A DNA stretch of 64,000 nucleotides. Source: an uncultured Sphingomonas sp. (GTDB lineage Bacteria; Pseudomonadota; Alphaproteobacteria; Sphingomonadales; Sphingomonadaceae). The first letter of the stretch is position 1. Every line of letters starts with the position of its first letter. The DNA is taken from assembly GCF_964243205.1 (NCBI RefSeq), contig NZ_CAXTEO010000012.1, one strand, 5' to 3'. Both the position numbers and the translations under genes were made by a program. Shown here piece by piece: positions 50,167 to 59,487 of this stretch. Below the pieces are notes generated by a model. It was not told the origin of the DNA, did not search any database, and saw only the letters and a list, made by a program, of their open reading frames with translations.

Positions 50167-50502
50167 ATGGAAGACAAGCTCGCCGAGGATAAAGTGTTCC
50201 TCGCCCTGACCAGACCATCGGTGTTCATGGGATTGCCGCTCGAGGCGATCCTGCCAATCATCATGGTCTCCATGGTGTTCTGGGGGATTTTCCACAATCC
50301 CTTCTACCCCTTGGCCTTGTTTGGGGCGCTCTACTTTCCGGCGCGCATGATCTGCCACTACGACTTCAACGCGTTCCGGCTGTGGGGCCTGTGGTTTCAG
50401 ACGGGCTTTCTATCCAAAAATCGGAAGTTCTGGGGAGGCGGGAGCTACTCTCCCGTCCGCCTCGTCAAAGGCGTGAACCGGAAGCATTTCGGCAATGACT
50501 GA
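50167..50502 (+). CDS. virB3: VirB3
   Basis: FLALTRP..GLP and WGGGSYSP motifs. Confidence 0.9.
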   Translation: MEDKLAEDKVFLALTRPSVFMGLPLEAILPIIMVSMVFWGIFHNPFYPLALFGALYFPARMICHYDFNAFRLWGLWFQTGFLSKNRKFWGGGSYSPVRLVKGVNRKHFGND

Positions 50503-52861
50503 TTCCAAGCTGAAGCATAAGAAAATAGCGCTTCGCGAGGCGGATGACATCAAGTTCATCCCCTACACCCGGCACGTCGACGATACCTTGGTCGCTCTCG
50601 AAGACGGCTCGCTCATGCGCATGTACCGCGTTGACGGGCGGCCGTTCGAGACCAGCGACATCTCCGACCTCAATACTTGGCATAGCAAGCTCAACATCGC
50701 CTGGCGCTCGATCGGTGACGATCGGGTCGCGATATGGACCCATCTCGTGCGAACGGCGACCGATCCCGTCCTGGGAGGCGACTTCCATTCTGCCTTCGCG
50801 AAGGCGTTGCAGGACAAATATGCGGAGACCCTGAAGGAGAAGGTTCTCTACCATAACGAGTTCTACGTCACGATCCTGGTGCGTCCGTCGACCATGGCAG
50901 GCGATCAACTGGGGCGGTTCTTTTCGAAGAAGAAGGTCAGCAACGAGATCGATGATCGCGCGCTGACGCTCATGGCGGACAAGTGCCGGGATTTTGAATC
51001 GCTGCTCGCCGACGTCGCGCCAGAGCCCCTGTCGCTCTACGAGCATGAAGGCGTCCTGTTTTCGCAGCCGATGGAAGTGCTGCACTTCATCCTGACCGGC
51101 GATCGCATCCGCATCCCGCTGCTCAACGGCAGGCTTGGTCAGGCGCTCTATTCCTCGCGGGTGGTGTTCGGCCGCGAAGCGGCCGAGATCCGCTTGCCGC
51201 ACAAGTCGCATTACCTCGGCATGTTCGGGGTGCGCGAATATGTCGCCAGCACGCGGAGCGGGCAGTTCAACAGCCTGCTGACGCTCGATTTCCCATTTGT
51301 GCTGACCCAGAGCTTTGCGCCGCTGGTGAAGTCGGTCGCGAGCGAGCGGTTCACGAAGAAGTATAAGCAAATGGTGTCGTCAGACGACGCCGGCGTCAGC
51401 CAGGCGGAGGAGTTGCTCAACGGTGTCGACGATCTGATGGCGAACCGTTTCGCGATGGGCGAGCATCATCTGTCGATCTCGGTCACCGACGAGGACCCGA
51501 AGCGGCTGCTGGAACGGCTTTCGATCGCGCGATCAGCCGCGGCCGACACGGGGATGGTAATGGCACGCGAGGACGTAGCGCTAGAGGCCGCGTTCTGGGC
51601 GCAGCTTCCCGGCAACTTCAAGATGCGGGCGCGCCCCGCGGTCATCAACAGTCGCAATTTCGCGGCGCTGAGCCCGTTCTACACGTTCCCGGCCGGGCGC
51701 AAGTCCGGGAACCACTGGGGCGAGGCGGTGACGCTGCTCAAGACACGCGCAGGGTCCTCGTTCTGGTTCAATTTCCACCGCGCCGACATCGGCCACACGC
51801 TCATCATCGGCCCTACGGGCGGCGGTAAAACGGTGCTGCAGAACTTCCTTCAGGCGCAGCTCGAAAAGACCGGTGCCCGCCAAGTGTTCTTCGACAAGGA
51901 TCGCGGTGCGGAGATCTTCGTGCGCGCCTGTGACGGCACGTATCTGGCGCTTCGCAATGGCGAGCCAACCGGCTTCGCGCCCCTCAAGGGGCTGACTCCC
52001 AGCGCGCACAACATCGCTTTCTTGCGGCAATTCATCCGGGCGCTGGTGCGCCGGGAGAATCGACCGCTCAGCGTCGCGGAAGAGCGGCTGATCGATGAGG
52101 GCATCGACGCAGTGATGCGCCTTCCCGCGCCGTCGCGCTCGTTCAGCGCGCTGCGGGAGATGCTGGGCTACGCCGATGCCGAGGGCATCGGCGCCCGTCT
52201 CGAACGCTGGTGCCTGGGTGGACCGCTCGGTTGGGCGTTCGACGGGCCGGAGGACAAGGTGTCGATGGCGGCGCAGTTCGTCGGCTTCGACATGACCGAC
52301 TTCTTGGAAAACCCGGAGATCCGCACGCCCACGATGCTGTACCTCTTCCACCGCGTCGACGAGCTGCTGAATGGGCAGCGTGTCGTGGTCGATGTGGACG
52401 AGTTCTGGAAGGCCTTGGAGGACGATGCATTCCGCGCCTTTGCTCAGGACGGCCTGAAGACCTTCCGTAAGCGCAACGCCTTCATGGTGTTCGGCACGCA
52501 GTCGCCGGCTGACGCGCTGCGGTCGCCGATCGCGCACTCGATCATCGAGCAAACGGCGACCAAGATCCTCCTGCCCAACTCGGACGCAAAGCGGTCGGAT
52601 TACTGTGACGGGCTGGGCCTGACGGAGGCCGAGTACCGGCTGATCCGCGAGGATTTGACGCCGGAAAGCCGCACCTTCCTGGTCAAGCAAGGGCACACCT
52701 CGATCGTGGCGAAGCTCGATCTGGGTGGGATGCCCAATGAGTTGAAAGTGCTTTCTGGTCGCGAGGAAACCCTCGTCGCCATGGAGGAGGCCATTGCCCT
52801 GGCGGGCAACGATCCCGCGGCGTGGCTGCCGCACTTTTACGCCAACCAAAGGAGAAGCTGA
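50495..52861 (+). CDS. virB4: VirB4 ATPase
   Basis: WAQLPGN, GPTGGGKT, FDKDRG, DEFW and RKRN motifs. Confidence 0.95.
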   Translation: MTDSKLKHKKIALREADDIKFIPYTRHVDDTLVALEDGSLMRMYRVDGRPFETSDISDLNTWHSKLNIAWRSIGDDRVAIWTHLVRTATDPVLGGDFHSAFAKALQDKYAETLKEKVLYHNEFYVTILVRPSTMAGDQLGRFFSKKKVSNEIDDRALTLMADKCRDFESLLADVAPEPLSLYEHEGVLFSQPMEVLHFILTGDRIRIPLLNGRLGQALYSSRVVFGREAAEIRLPHKSHYLGMFGVREYVASTRSGQFNSLLTLDFPFVLTQSFAPLVKSVASERFTKKYKQMVSSDDAGVSQAEELLNGVDDLMANRFAMGEHHLSISVTDEDPKRLLERLSIARSAAADTGMVMAREDVALEAAFWAQLPGNFKMRARPAVINSRNFAALSPFYTFPAGRKSGNHWGEAVTLLKTRAGSSFWFNFHRADIGHTLIIGPTGGGKTVLQNFLQAQLEKTGARQVFFDKDRGAEIFVRACDGTYLALRNGEPTGFAPLKGLTPSAHNIAFLRQFIRALVRRENRPLSVAEERLIDEGIDAVMRLPAPSRSFSALREMLGYADAEGIGARLERWCLGGPLGWAFDGPEDKVSMAAQFVGFDMTDFLENPEIRTPTMLYLFHRVDELLNGQRVVVDVDEFWKALEDDAFRAFAQDGLKTFRKRNAFMVFGTQSPADALRSPIAHSIIEQTATKILLPNSDAKRSDYCDGLGLTEAEYRLIREDLTPESRTFLVKQGHTSIVAKLDLGGMPNELKVLSGREETLVAMEEAIALAGNDPAAWLPHFYANQRRS

Positions 52862-52862
52862 C

Positions 52863-53582
52863 ATGTCGCTAAAGCATATCATCATGGTTGCAGTCGCGCC
52901 GGTCGCGCTCGCTGCGTTCGCGTCGCCGGCCTCAGCCCAAGGCATCCCTGTGTTCGATACCTCGACCTACGTGCAAGCGCTCGCCCAGGTCCAGAACACA
53001 ATGAAGATGATCCAGCAGGGTGAGCAGCAGATCCAGACGGCATCGAGCCAGCTCAGCTCGCTGCAAAAGCTTACGAACGTCAACAATCTCGCGCCGCAGT
53101 TGTTGAACCCGCAGGTGCGCAACATCTTGCCGAACACGACGGTCGACGCGTCGACGCTGCTAAGCGGCGACCTGTCGAAGATCGGTTCGCTAGGTACGCT
53201 CGCATCGAGCATCCAGTCTCGTTACGCGCTGTCGACAGGCTCCGACGCGGACGCGGCGTATAACCAAGCGCTTAAGGACGCGACCGGCTCGTCCGCGGCG
53301 ATGGCAGCGTTGGGCGAGAATACACTCAGCATCACCCAGACACGGATGCAGGGCCTCGACCAGCTTCGGTCACAGCTCAATACCGCTAAGGATCCCAAGG
53401 ACGTGATGGACCTGCAAGCCCGCATCGCGGTCGAGCAGGCTCAGCTTCAGAATGACACGCTGAAGATGCAAGCGATCCAGATGGCGCAGTCCGGTCAAGC
53501 GAACATGCAGATCAGTGCGACGCAAGTCGCGGCTGGACGCGAAGAGTCGGCATTCTTCAGCGCTAACACAATCAGGAAGTAA
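52863..53582 (+). CDS. virB5: VirB5 minor pilin
   Basis: Signal peptide; AQGIPVFD and DPKDVMDLQARI motifs. Confidence 0.92.
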   Translation: MSLKHIIMVAVAPVALAAFASPASAQGIPVFDTSTYVQALAQVQNTMKMIQQGEQQIQTASSQLSSLQKLTNVNNLAPQLLNPQVRNILPNTTVDASTLLSGDLSKIGSLGTLASSIQSRYALSTGSDADAAYNQALKDATGSSAAMAALGENTLSITQTRMQGLDQLRSQLNTAKDPKDVMDLQARIAVEQAQLQNDTLKMQAIQMAQSGQANMQISATQVAAGREESAFFSANTIRK

Positions 53583-53584
53583 TC

Positions 53585-53854
53585 ATGCGCAGGATATTAT
53601 CCCTCTCGGCTTTGCTATTTGTTTGTGGGTGCCAGCAGAATGTCGTGGTGCCGACTGCGAAAGAACTCATCGCAAGCCCACCACTCCTCGCGCAGTGGCG
53701 GGAGAAGTGCGAAACGGGAGAGTACAGTCACGTTCCCGCCGACGAGAAGGCAAGAATGTGCGCGACCACTCGGGATGCGACAATCTCGGTAGCGCAGATC
53801 AAAGCCGGAAACGAAGAAGCCAACTTCTTCAAGGCGAACACGATCCGAAAGTAG
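53585..53854 (+). CDS. Entry-exclusion lipoprotein (EexN-like)
   Basis: VCGC lipobox, two further Cys, located between virB5 and virB6. Confidence 0.75.
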   Translation: MRRILSLSALLFVCGCQQNVVVPTAKELIASPPLLAQWREKCETGEYSHVPADEKARMCATTRDATISVAQIKAGNEEANFFKANTIRK

Positions 53855-53899
53855 CAACCGTTTTTACGCCTAGATCGCTGAAGATCGGAACCCGCCGTA

Positions 53900-54961
53900 A
53901 TGCCTGCTGCTGCACCCAACATCATGACGCTTTTCACCACGATGTATACGTATGTGGAGAGCGCCATCGCGACCTCGGTCGCGAGCTTCGGGTCGGGACT
54001 CGTCAGTTTTGTCGCGGCGCCCTTGGCGCTGGCAGCGATCATCTACTTTCTTCTGCTCGGCTTCGCCGTGCTGCGAGGCGCGATTCAAGCGCCGCTGCGC
54101 GAGTTAGTCTTCCAAGCCGGCAAGGTTGGCTTCGCGCTCGCTGCCGCAAGCTCGATCGGTTATTCAGCGTTCGTGGTGAACGTGGTCACTAACCTGCCGA
54201 GCGAGATCATCGCGGCTGGATCCGGCACACCCGTCGCAAACCCAGGAACGACCTTCGACACCTATGTCTCCGATACGGGGAAGCTTGCAGGCAAGCTGGT
54301 CAACGCGAACCTACAGGTTCAGTCGCAAGAACAGAAAGGTTTCACCGACTTCCGCACACCGGTGATCCAGCTTAGCGCTACGCTGATTACCTACCTGTGT
54401 ATTGGCATCCTTTACATCTTCGCGTTCCTATCAGCGTCGATAGGTTTCTGCATCGTCATTTTCGCCAAGCTGTCAGTCGCGATCTGCGTCGCGCTCGCCC
54501 CACTCGCGCTTGCGTGTCTGCTATTCAATTCCTCCCGCTGGTTGTTCGACGGCTGGCTGAAGCAGACCGTCAACTTTATTCTGTTGATGGTCGTCATGGC
54601 GATCATGACGAAGTTCATTACGGGGCTTCAAGAGGCCGCGATGGACGGTATCATGGGATCGGTTCCCGATGATGGCTCGTCATTTCTGATGACCCAGAAC
54701 GGCTATATCGTTCTGAAGGCGTCCGTGATGCTCGTCGCCACGGTCGCCTGCGCGGCGATCTACATCGTCGGTACAATCTTCTTTTTCCAGTCGCCGGCGA
54801 TCGCGGCTGGCATCGCAGGTGGCGCGTCATCTGGTGGCCATGGCTTCCTGATGACCGGCGCGAACATGTTGACCAACCGACTCATGTTCCGGCGCGCCAC
54901 CCAGGCGAACCGTCCGGCTGCTGGAGGCGGCTCGGGCGGTTCGGCCTCTCGCTCGACTTAG
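53900..54961 (+). CDS. virB6: VirB6
   Basis: Polytopic membrane protein; LAPL...FDGWL and PAIAAGIAGG motifs. Confidence 0.9.
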   Translation: MPAAAPNIMTLFTTMYTYVESAIATSVASFGSGLVSFVAAPLALAAIIYFLLLGFAVLRGAIQAPLRELVFQAGKVGFALAAASSIGYSAFVVNVVTNLPSEIIAAGSGTPVANPGTTFDTYVSDTGKLAGKLVNANLQVQSQEQKGFTDFRTPVIQLSATLITYLCIGILYIFAFLSASIGFCIVIFAKLSVAICVALAPLALACLLFNSSRWLFDGWLKQTVNFILLMVVMAIMTKFITGLQEAAMDGIMGSVPDDGSSFLMTQNGYIVLKASVMLVATVACAAIYIVGTIFFFQSPAIAAGIAGGASSGGHGFLMTGANMLTNRLMFRRATQANRPAAGGGSGGSASRST

Positions 54962-55035
54962 GCCGCATCGCTGCCCGCTCTCGAACCATGGATCACGAAC
55001 ACCGCCCGCGCGGCAAAGATACGAACGGAGACCGT

Positions 55036-55443
55036 ATGAAAAGGCTGACCATCGTGGCGTTAGGCGTCGTTGCGCTTAGCGGTTGCACGGGGACTCACAT
55101 CAGACCTGTCGCCGTGTGTGACGGGAAGCACCGTCGTCCTGCCAACCTCTACGGCACCATCCTGCCGAGTCTTCCCGTGCCCCTTCCGGCGTCACAACAG
55201 GGCGCCGGGCAGTCGATGGTCGCGCCGCCTAGCGGCGCGGCGTCGCCGGCACCGGTTCCTGCACCATCTCCCGATCCGGTGCTGATGCGGGACGAGCCAC
55301 CCACTCGGGCTCCCTCGCCATCGCCGCCTCCGGCACCTGGCGCAGCGCCGGCTGCTCCCATCGGGCCAGGAGCGATGAATGTCCCGCGCTCAGCGCCTCG
55401 GACGTCCCAGCGCGACGTCGCGCTGAACTACTCCTCCTGCTGA
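55036..55443 (+). CDS. VirB7-like lipoprotein with Pro-rich extension
   Basis: LSGC lipobox, CDGKHRRPAN, position between virB6 and virB8. Confidence 0.7.
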   Translation: MKRLTIVALGVVALSGCTGTHIRPVAVCDGKHRRPANLYGTILPSLPVPLPASQQGAGQSMVAPPSGAASPAPVPAPSPDPVLMRDEPPTRAPSPSPPPAPGAAPAAPIGPGAMNVPRSAPRTSQRDVALNYSSC

Positions 55444-55456
55444 AGGGATCGACGCC

Positions 55457-56134
55457 ATGGGCGCGGTGAAGTCCGAAGATAAAGAGAAATACTTCGAGAC
55501 CTCGAGGACATGGGAATACGACCGTATGCGCGCGGCGATCCAGTCCAAGAAGCTTGCGTGGGGTGTAGCCGCAGGGGCCTGCGCGCTTTCCGTGGCGTCG
55601 GTCGCGGCCGTGGCCATGCTGGCCCCGCTAAAGACGGTCGAGCCTTACGTTATTCGTGTCGATAAATCTTCCGGCGAAACGCAGGTCGTCACGGCCCTGA
55701 AGGGGCCGCGGCCGCGAACCTATGAAGATGCGGTCAACCGCTATTTCATCTCGCAATATGTGCGTCTGCGCGAGGGCTGGCTGAACGATGCGGCACGCGA
55801 GAACGCCTATACCGTGATGCTGATGAGCGATCAGCTCGAGGGCTCTCGCTACTTGGGTAGCGTTCAGTCCAGCAACAGGAACGCACCCTCGAACATCTAC
55901 GGTGACAAGGGCTTCGTCTCGATCTCGATCCGGACGATCAGCTTCCTCAGCCCGACCGTCGCGCAGGTCCGCTTCACCAAGATCATCACCATGGGTCAGA
56001 ACACGCCGGTCGCGCAGAATTGGAACGCGATCCTGACCTTCAGATACACCACGGCACCGGAGCATGAGAAGGATCGCAACATCGATCCGCTCGGCTTCCA
56101 GGTCGTCAATTATCGTTCCGACCCGGAGGCGTGA
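55457..56134 (+). CDS. virB8: VirB8
   Basis: PLKTVEPYVIRVD, YVRLRE and DPLGFQV motifs. Confidence 0.93.
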   Translation: MGAVKSEDKEKYFETSRTWEYDRMRAAIQSKKLAWGVAAGACALSVASVAAVAMLAPLKTVEPYVIRVDKSSGETQVVTALKGPRPRTYEDAVNRYFISQYVRLREGWLNDAARENAYTVMLMSDQLEGSRYLGSVQSSNRNAPSNIYGDKGFVSISIRTISFLSPTVAQVRFTKIITMGQNTPVAQNWNAILTFRYTTAPEHEKDRNIDPLGFQVVNYRSDPEA

Positions 56135-56135
56135 G

Positions 56136-57143
56136 ATGAGCGATCAGCCCAACATTCCGGACAATGACGTGTCCGTCGTCGTCCCCTTCATGCCGGCGCT
56201 TCGCAAGAAGTTGGCTGTCCGTCTGTCACCGGCCGCGACGGAGCTGGTGCTGACAGAAACCGGGTCCAAGAGTTGCTTCTGGCGCGGAGTAGGTGCGGTG
56301 TGGCAGCGCCTCATCGCGCTTTCGATCGTCGGGGCTGCTGCGGTGACGCTGATGCCGCAGGCGGCGTTTGCGTCAGAGACCCCTATCCCCGGGGGGAAGG
56401 ACGCGCGCGTTCGCAACGTCAATTACGATCCCGACCAGGTGGTGACGATCGTCGGCAGCTTCCGGCACGCCATCGAGATCCAGTTCGGTCCGGGGGAGAC
56501 GGTAACGCAGGCCGCGTTGGGCGACACGGTGTCGTGGCAGATCGCCCCGGTTGGAAATGTGGTGTTCCTGAAGCCGCGTGAGAAAGCCGGCGGGACGAAC
56601 CTGATCGTCATCACCAATGCGGGCGGGTCGCCTCGCACCTATCACTTCAACCTGTCGCTCGGGGCGGGTGCGACGATGTATGGCGTGCGCTTCCACTATC
56701 CGCGCGAAGAACGCGCCATGGCCGCGCTTCAGGTGCAGTTCGCCCAAGCGCAGACCGCCAAGGCGATCGAGACCAACGTCGCCCAAGCCGCGCTCGATCA
56801 TGCTGTGATCGAGGGCACGCGGAACATGAATTACACGGTGCAGGGCGACTCGGCGCTGCAACCGACCGAGATCTCCGACAATGGGGAGTTCACGGTGCTG
56901 CGCTATCCTGGGCACGCCGACATCCCATCGATTTTCGCGGTCGACGTCGATGGGACGGAGACGATCGTCCCCTACGATGTGCGAGAGGACTTCGTGGTGA
57001 TCCATGCGGTCTACCGTCAGCTCCGCCTCCGGCGCGGAACGACGGTGCTGTGCATCTACGACGAGGCGCCGCTGCGCAATGATCGCGGCGATCGCACGGG
57101 CACCGTTTCCAATGTGGTGACACGCAAAGTGAAGGGACAGTAA
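56136..57143 (+). CDS. virB9: VirB9 (start may lie further downstream)
   Basis: DARVRNVNY, LGDTVSW, TNLIV and DNGEFT motifs. Confidence 0.92.
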   Translation: MSDQPNIPDNDVSVVVPFMPALRKKLAVRLSPAATELVLTETGSKSCFWRGVGAVWQRLIALSIVGAAAVTLMPQAAFASETPIPGGKDARVRNVNYDPDQVVTIVGSFRHAIEIQFGPGETVTQAALGDTVSWQIAPVGNVVFLKPREKAGGTNLIVITNAGGSPRTYHFNLSLGAGATMYGVRFHYPREERAMAALQVQFAQAQTAKAIETNVAQAALDHAVIEGTRNMNYTVQGDSALQPTEISDNGEFTVLRYPGHADIPSIFAVDVDGTETIVPYDVREDFVVIHAVYRQLRLRRGTTVLCIYDEAPLRNDRGDRTGTVSNVVTRKVKGQ

Positions 57144-57144
57144 C

Positions 57145-58449
57145 ATGGTCGGCACCGTCATTGACCGCGGCGGCGATGTCGCTGCCGATACCGTCCCTTC
57201 TAGCGATATCGATAGCCCGGTCGCCCGCAGCGGAGGCTGGGGCAACATCGCCTTCATCGGCGCTGGTATCGGCCTTCTGGGCGCCATGGGCGGCATCATG
57301 ATCGGCTATAGCGCATTCCACCATTCCGCCAGCTCAGAAGCCGCGGCACAGCCGGCCAAGGCAAGCGAACGGTCGGTGGACGATGTGATGGGATCGCCGA
57401 ACGCGCAGCGGGCGGCGCTCGCGGGTCAACTCGGTCAATCCGGCGCGCCGCAGACCGACATTTTCGGGCGACCGATTACGCCTGCGGCAGGTACACAGGT
57501 TGCCGATGCCAACGGAAACCCGGTGCCGGCGACGGGGACGGCGTCCACCACCACGGCCAATGGACAGCAGTCGCCGGAGCAGCGGCGTGCGGAGCAAGCG
57601 CGCGCCATGGCAGATGCGGCAAGGCGATCGCCGATCATGGGCTTCGGCAATACCGGTCTGACCTCGGCCGCTGTTCCCACGGCCGCCCTCGGTAGCGAGG
57701 GACAGCAAGGCGGTCAGGACGATGAGGCGCGTGGCGGGCAGTCCATGGTCGCGCGTCGGGGTTTTGGCGCGAGTGGTTTCGGTGCTTCGGGTGAGGATGC
57801 GCCGGCTGCACCGGCAAAGGGCTCGACCGACTTCAGCGACCAGCTCGGCCACTCCGCGATCCAAACAGTACGGGCGACGATGGTTGCAGACCGTAACCTG
57901 CTGCTTAGCGCGGGGACGGTCATTCCCTGCACGCTTCAGACTGCGATTAATTCGACGCAGGCCGGCTTCGTGTCGTGCGTCATCAACCACGATGTCTATT
58001 CCGAGAACGGCCGCATCGTCCTTCTGGACAAGGGAAGCAAGGTGCTCGGGCAATATTCGGGCGGAATCACGCAGGGACAGGCACGCCTCTTCGTGTTGTG
58101 GACCCGCGCCCTAACTCCGCGCGGGGTCGCAATCGATCTGGGCTCGCCCGCAGCGGACAGTCTCGGCCGAGCTGGTTTGCCGGGGGGCGTCGATACGCAG
58201 TTCTGGGCGCGGTTCGGCGTCGGGCTGGTCATCTCGGTTCTGGAGGATGCCTCTCAGATTGCGAGCCGCTCGCTCGCCGGTGAGGGCAGCAACACGACGC
58301 AGGTTCCCAGCACCACCGGATTGACAGTCCTGCAGTCGACGATGCAGATCAAGCCGATTCTGAAGAAGAATCAGGGCGACACGGCTGCGATCTTCGTCGC
58401 CAAGGACTTTGATTTCCGTTCGGTCTATGACGTGGGACTGAGGCGCTAA
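57145..58449 (+). CDS. virB10: VirB10
   Basis: GTVIPCTLQTAINS, DSLGRAG and FWARFG motifs. Confidence 0.93.
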   Translation: MVGTVIDRGGDVAADTVPSSDIDSPVARSGGWGNIAFIGAGIGLLGAMGGIMIGYSAFHHSASSEAAAQPAKASERSVDDVMGSPNAQRAALAGQLGQSGAPQTDIFGRPITPAAGTQVADANGNPVPATGTASTTTANGQQSPEQRRAEQARAMADAARRSPIMGFGNTGLTSAAVPTAALGSEGQQGGQDDEARGGQSMVARRGFGASGFGASGEDAPAAPAKGSTDFSDQLGHSAIQTVRATMVADRNLLLSAGTVIPCTLQTAINSTQAGFVSCVINHDVYSENGRIVLLDKGSKVLGQYSGGITQGQARLFVLWTRALTPRGVAIDLGSPAADSLGRAGLPGGVDTQFWARFGVGLVISVLEDASQIASRSLAGEGSNTTQVPSTTGLTVLQSTMQIKPILKKNQGDTAAIFVAKDFDFRSVYDVGLRR

Positions 58450-58453
58450 GCCG

Positions 58454-59476
58454 ATGGCATCCAGTCCAACGTCGCTCATCTACGAGCATAATGCTGAGCC
58501 GATCCGACGGCATTTGCTGCGCGACGATGTGACCGAGCTCGTCATCAACGAGCCCGGGTTAATCGGTCTTGAAACACGCAATGGCTGGGAGTGGCATGAC
58601 GAGCCGGCGTTGGACAACGCCGCTCTCATGACGCTGGCGAAGCTGATCGCGGGCCTGACCAAGCAGGACATCAACTCGGAGTATCCGATCTGCTCCTCAG
58701 TTCTGCCGGGGGGGGAGCGCGCACAGGTCGTCGTCCCTCCGGCCGTCGAGCAAGGCTTCATTTCTATCACGATCCGCAAGGCGTCGGGCGTGACGATGAA
58801 CATCGACGATTTCGAGGCCGCTGGCCTGTTCAGCGAGGTTCGTGCGCATGGTCTTCATGCCGACGTCGACGGCGAGTTGCAGAGGCTTCGCGGTGCCGGC
58901 AACTGGCGAGCGTTTTTCAAACTGGCGGTCGAGGCCCGCAAGAACATCCTGATCTCGGGCGCGACCGGCTCGGGCAAGACGAGCTTCTCGAAGGGACTCA
59001 TCAAGCTGATCCCCGACTATGAGCGGATCCTGACGATCGAGGATACTCGCGAACTGGTCGTGCCGCAGCGTAATCACGTCCACATGATGTACGCCAAGGA
59101 CGGCAAGAGCCTCCAGAAGGCGGGCGCCAAAGAATTGCTGGAATCGGCGCTACGAATGCGGCCCGATCGCATCCTGTTGCAGGAGCTGCGCGACGGCACC
59201 GCCTTCTTCTACCTCCGCAACGTCAATTCAGGCCATCCTGGGTCGATCACGACGGTCCACGCCAACACGGCCGAAGGCGCGTTCGAGCAGCTCACGCTGC
59301 TGGTAAAGGAATCCGATGGCGGCAACGATCTCGACCGCCATGACATTCGGTCGCTGCTGCGATCGCTCGTCGATATCGTCGTGCAGATGCACCGCCTGCC
59401 GCCAGGTGAGGGACGGCCCGCGCGCTATCGCATGACGGAAGTGTGGTTCGATCCAGCGAGCAAGCCGAACGACTGA
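58454..59476 (+). CDS. virB11: VirB11 ATPase
   Basis: GATGSGKT, IEDTRE, LRMRPDRI and GHPGSITTVHA motifs. Confidence 0.95.
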   Translation: MASSPTSLIYEHNAEPIRRHLLRDDVTELVINEPGLIGLETRNGWEWHDEPALDNAALMTLAKLIAGLTKQDINSEYPICSSVLPGGERAQVVVPPAVEQGFISITIRKASGVTMNIDDFEAAGLFSEVRAHGLHADVDGELQRLRGAGNWRAFFKLAVEARKNILISGATGSGKTSFSKGLIKLIPDYERILTIEDTRELVVPQRNHVHMMYAKDGKSLQKAGAKELLESALRMRPDRILLQELRDGTAFFYLRNVNSGHPGSITTVHANTAEGAFEQLTLLVKESDGGNDLDRHDIRSLLRSLVDIVVQMHRLPPGEGRPARYRMTEVWFDPASKPND

Positions 59477-59487
59477 GAGGGTGTAGC

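Noticed and set aside
57760-57793. GFGAS-GFGAS peptide repeat in VirB10
   Set aside because: Short low-complexity repeat in a variable linker
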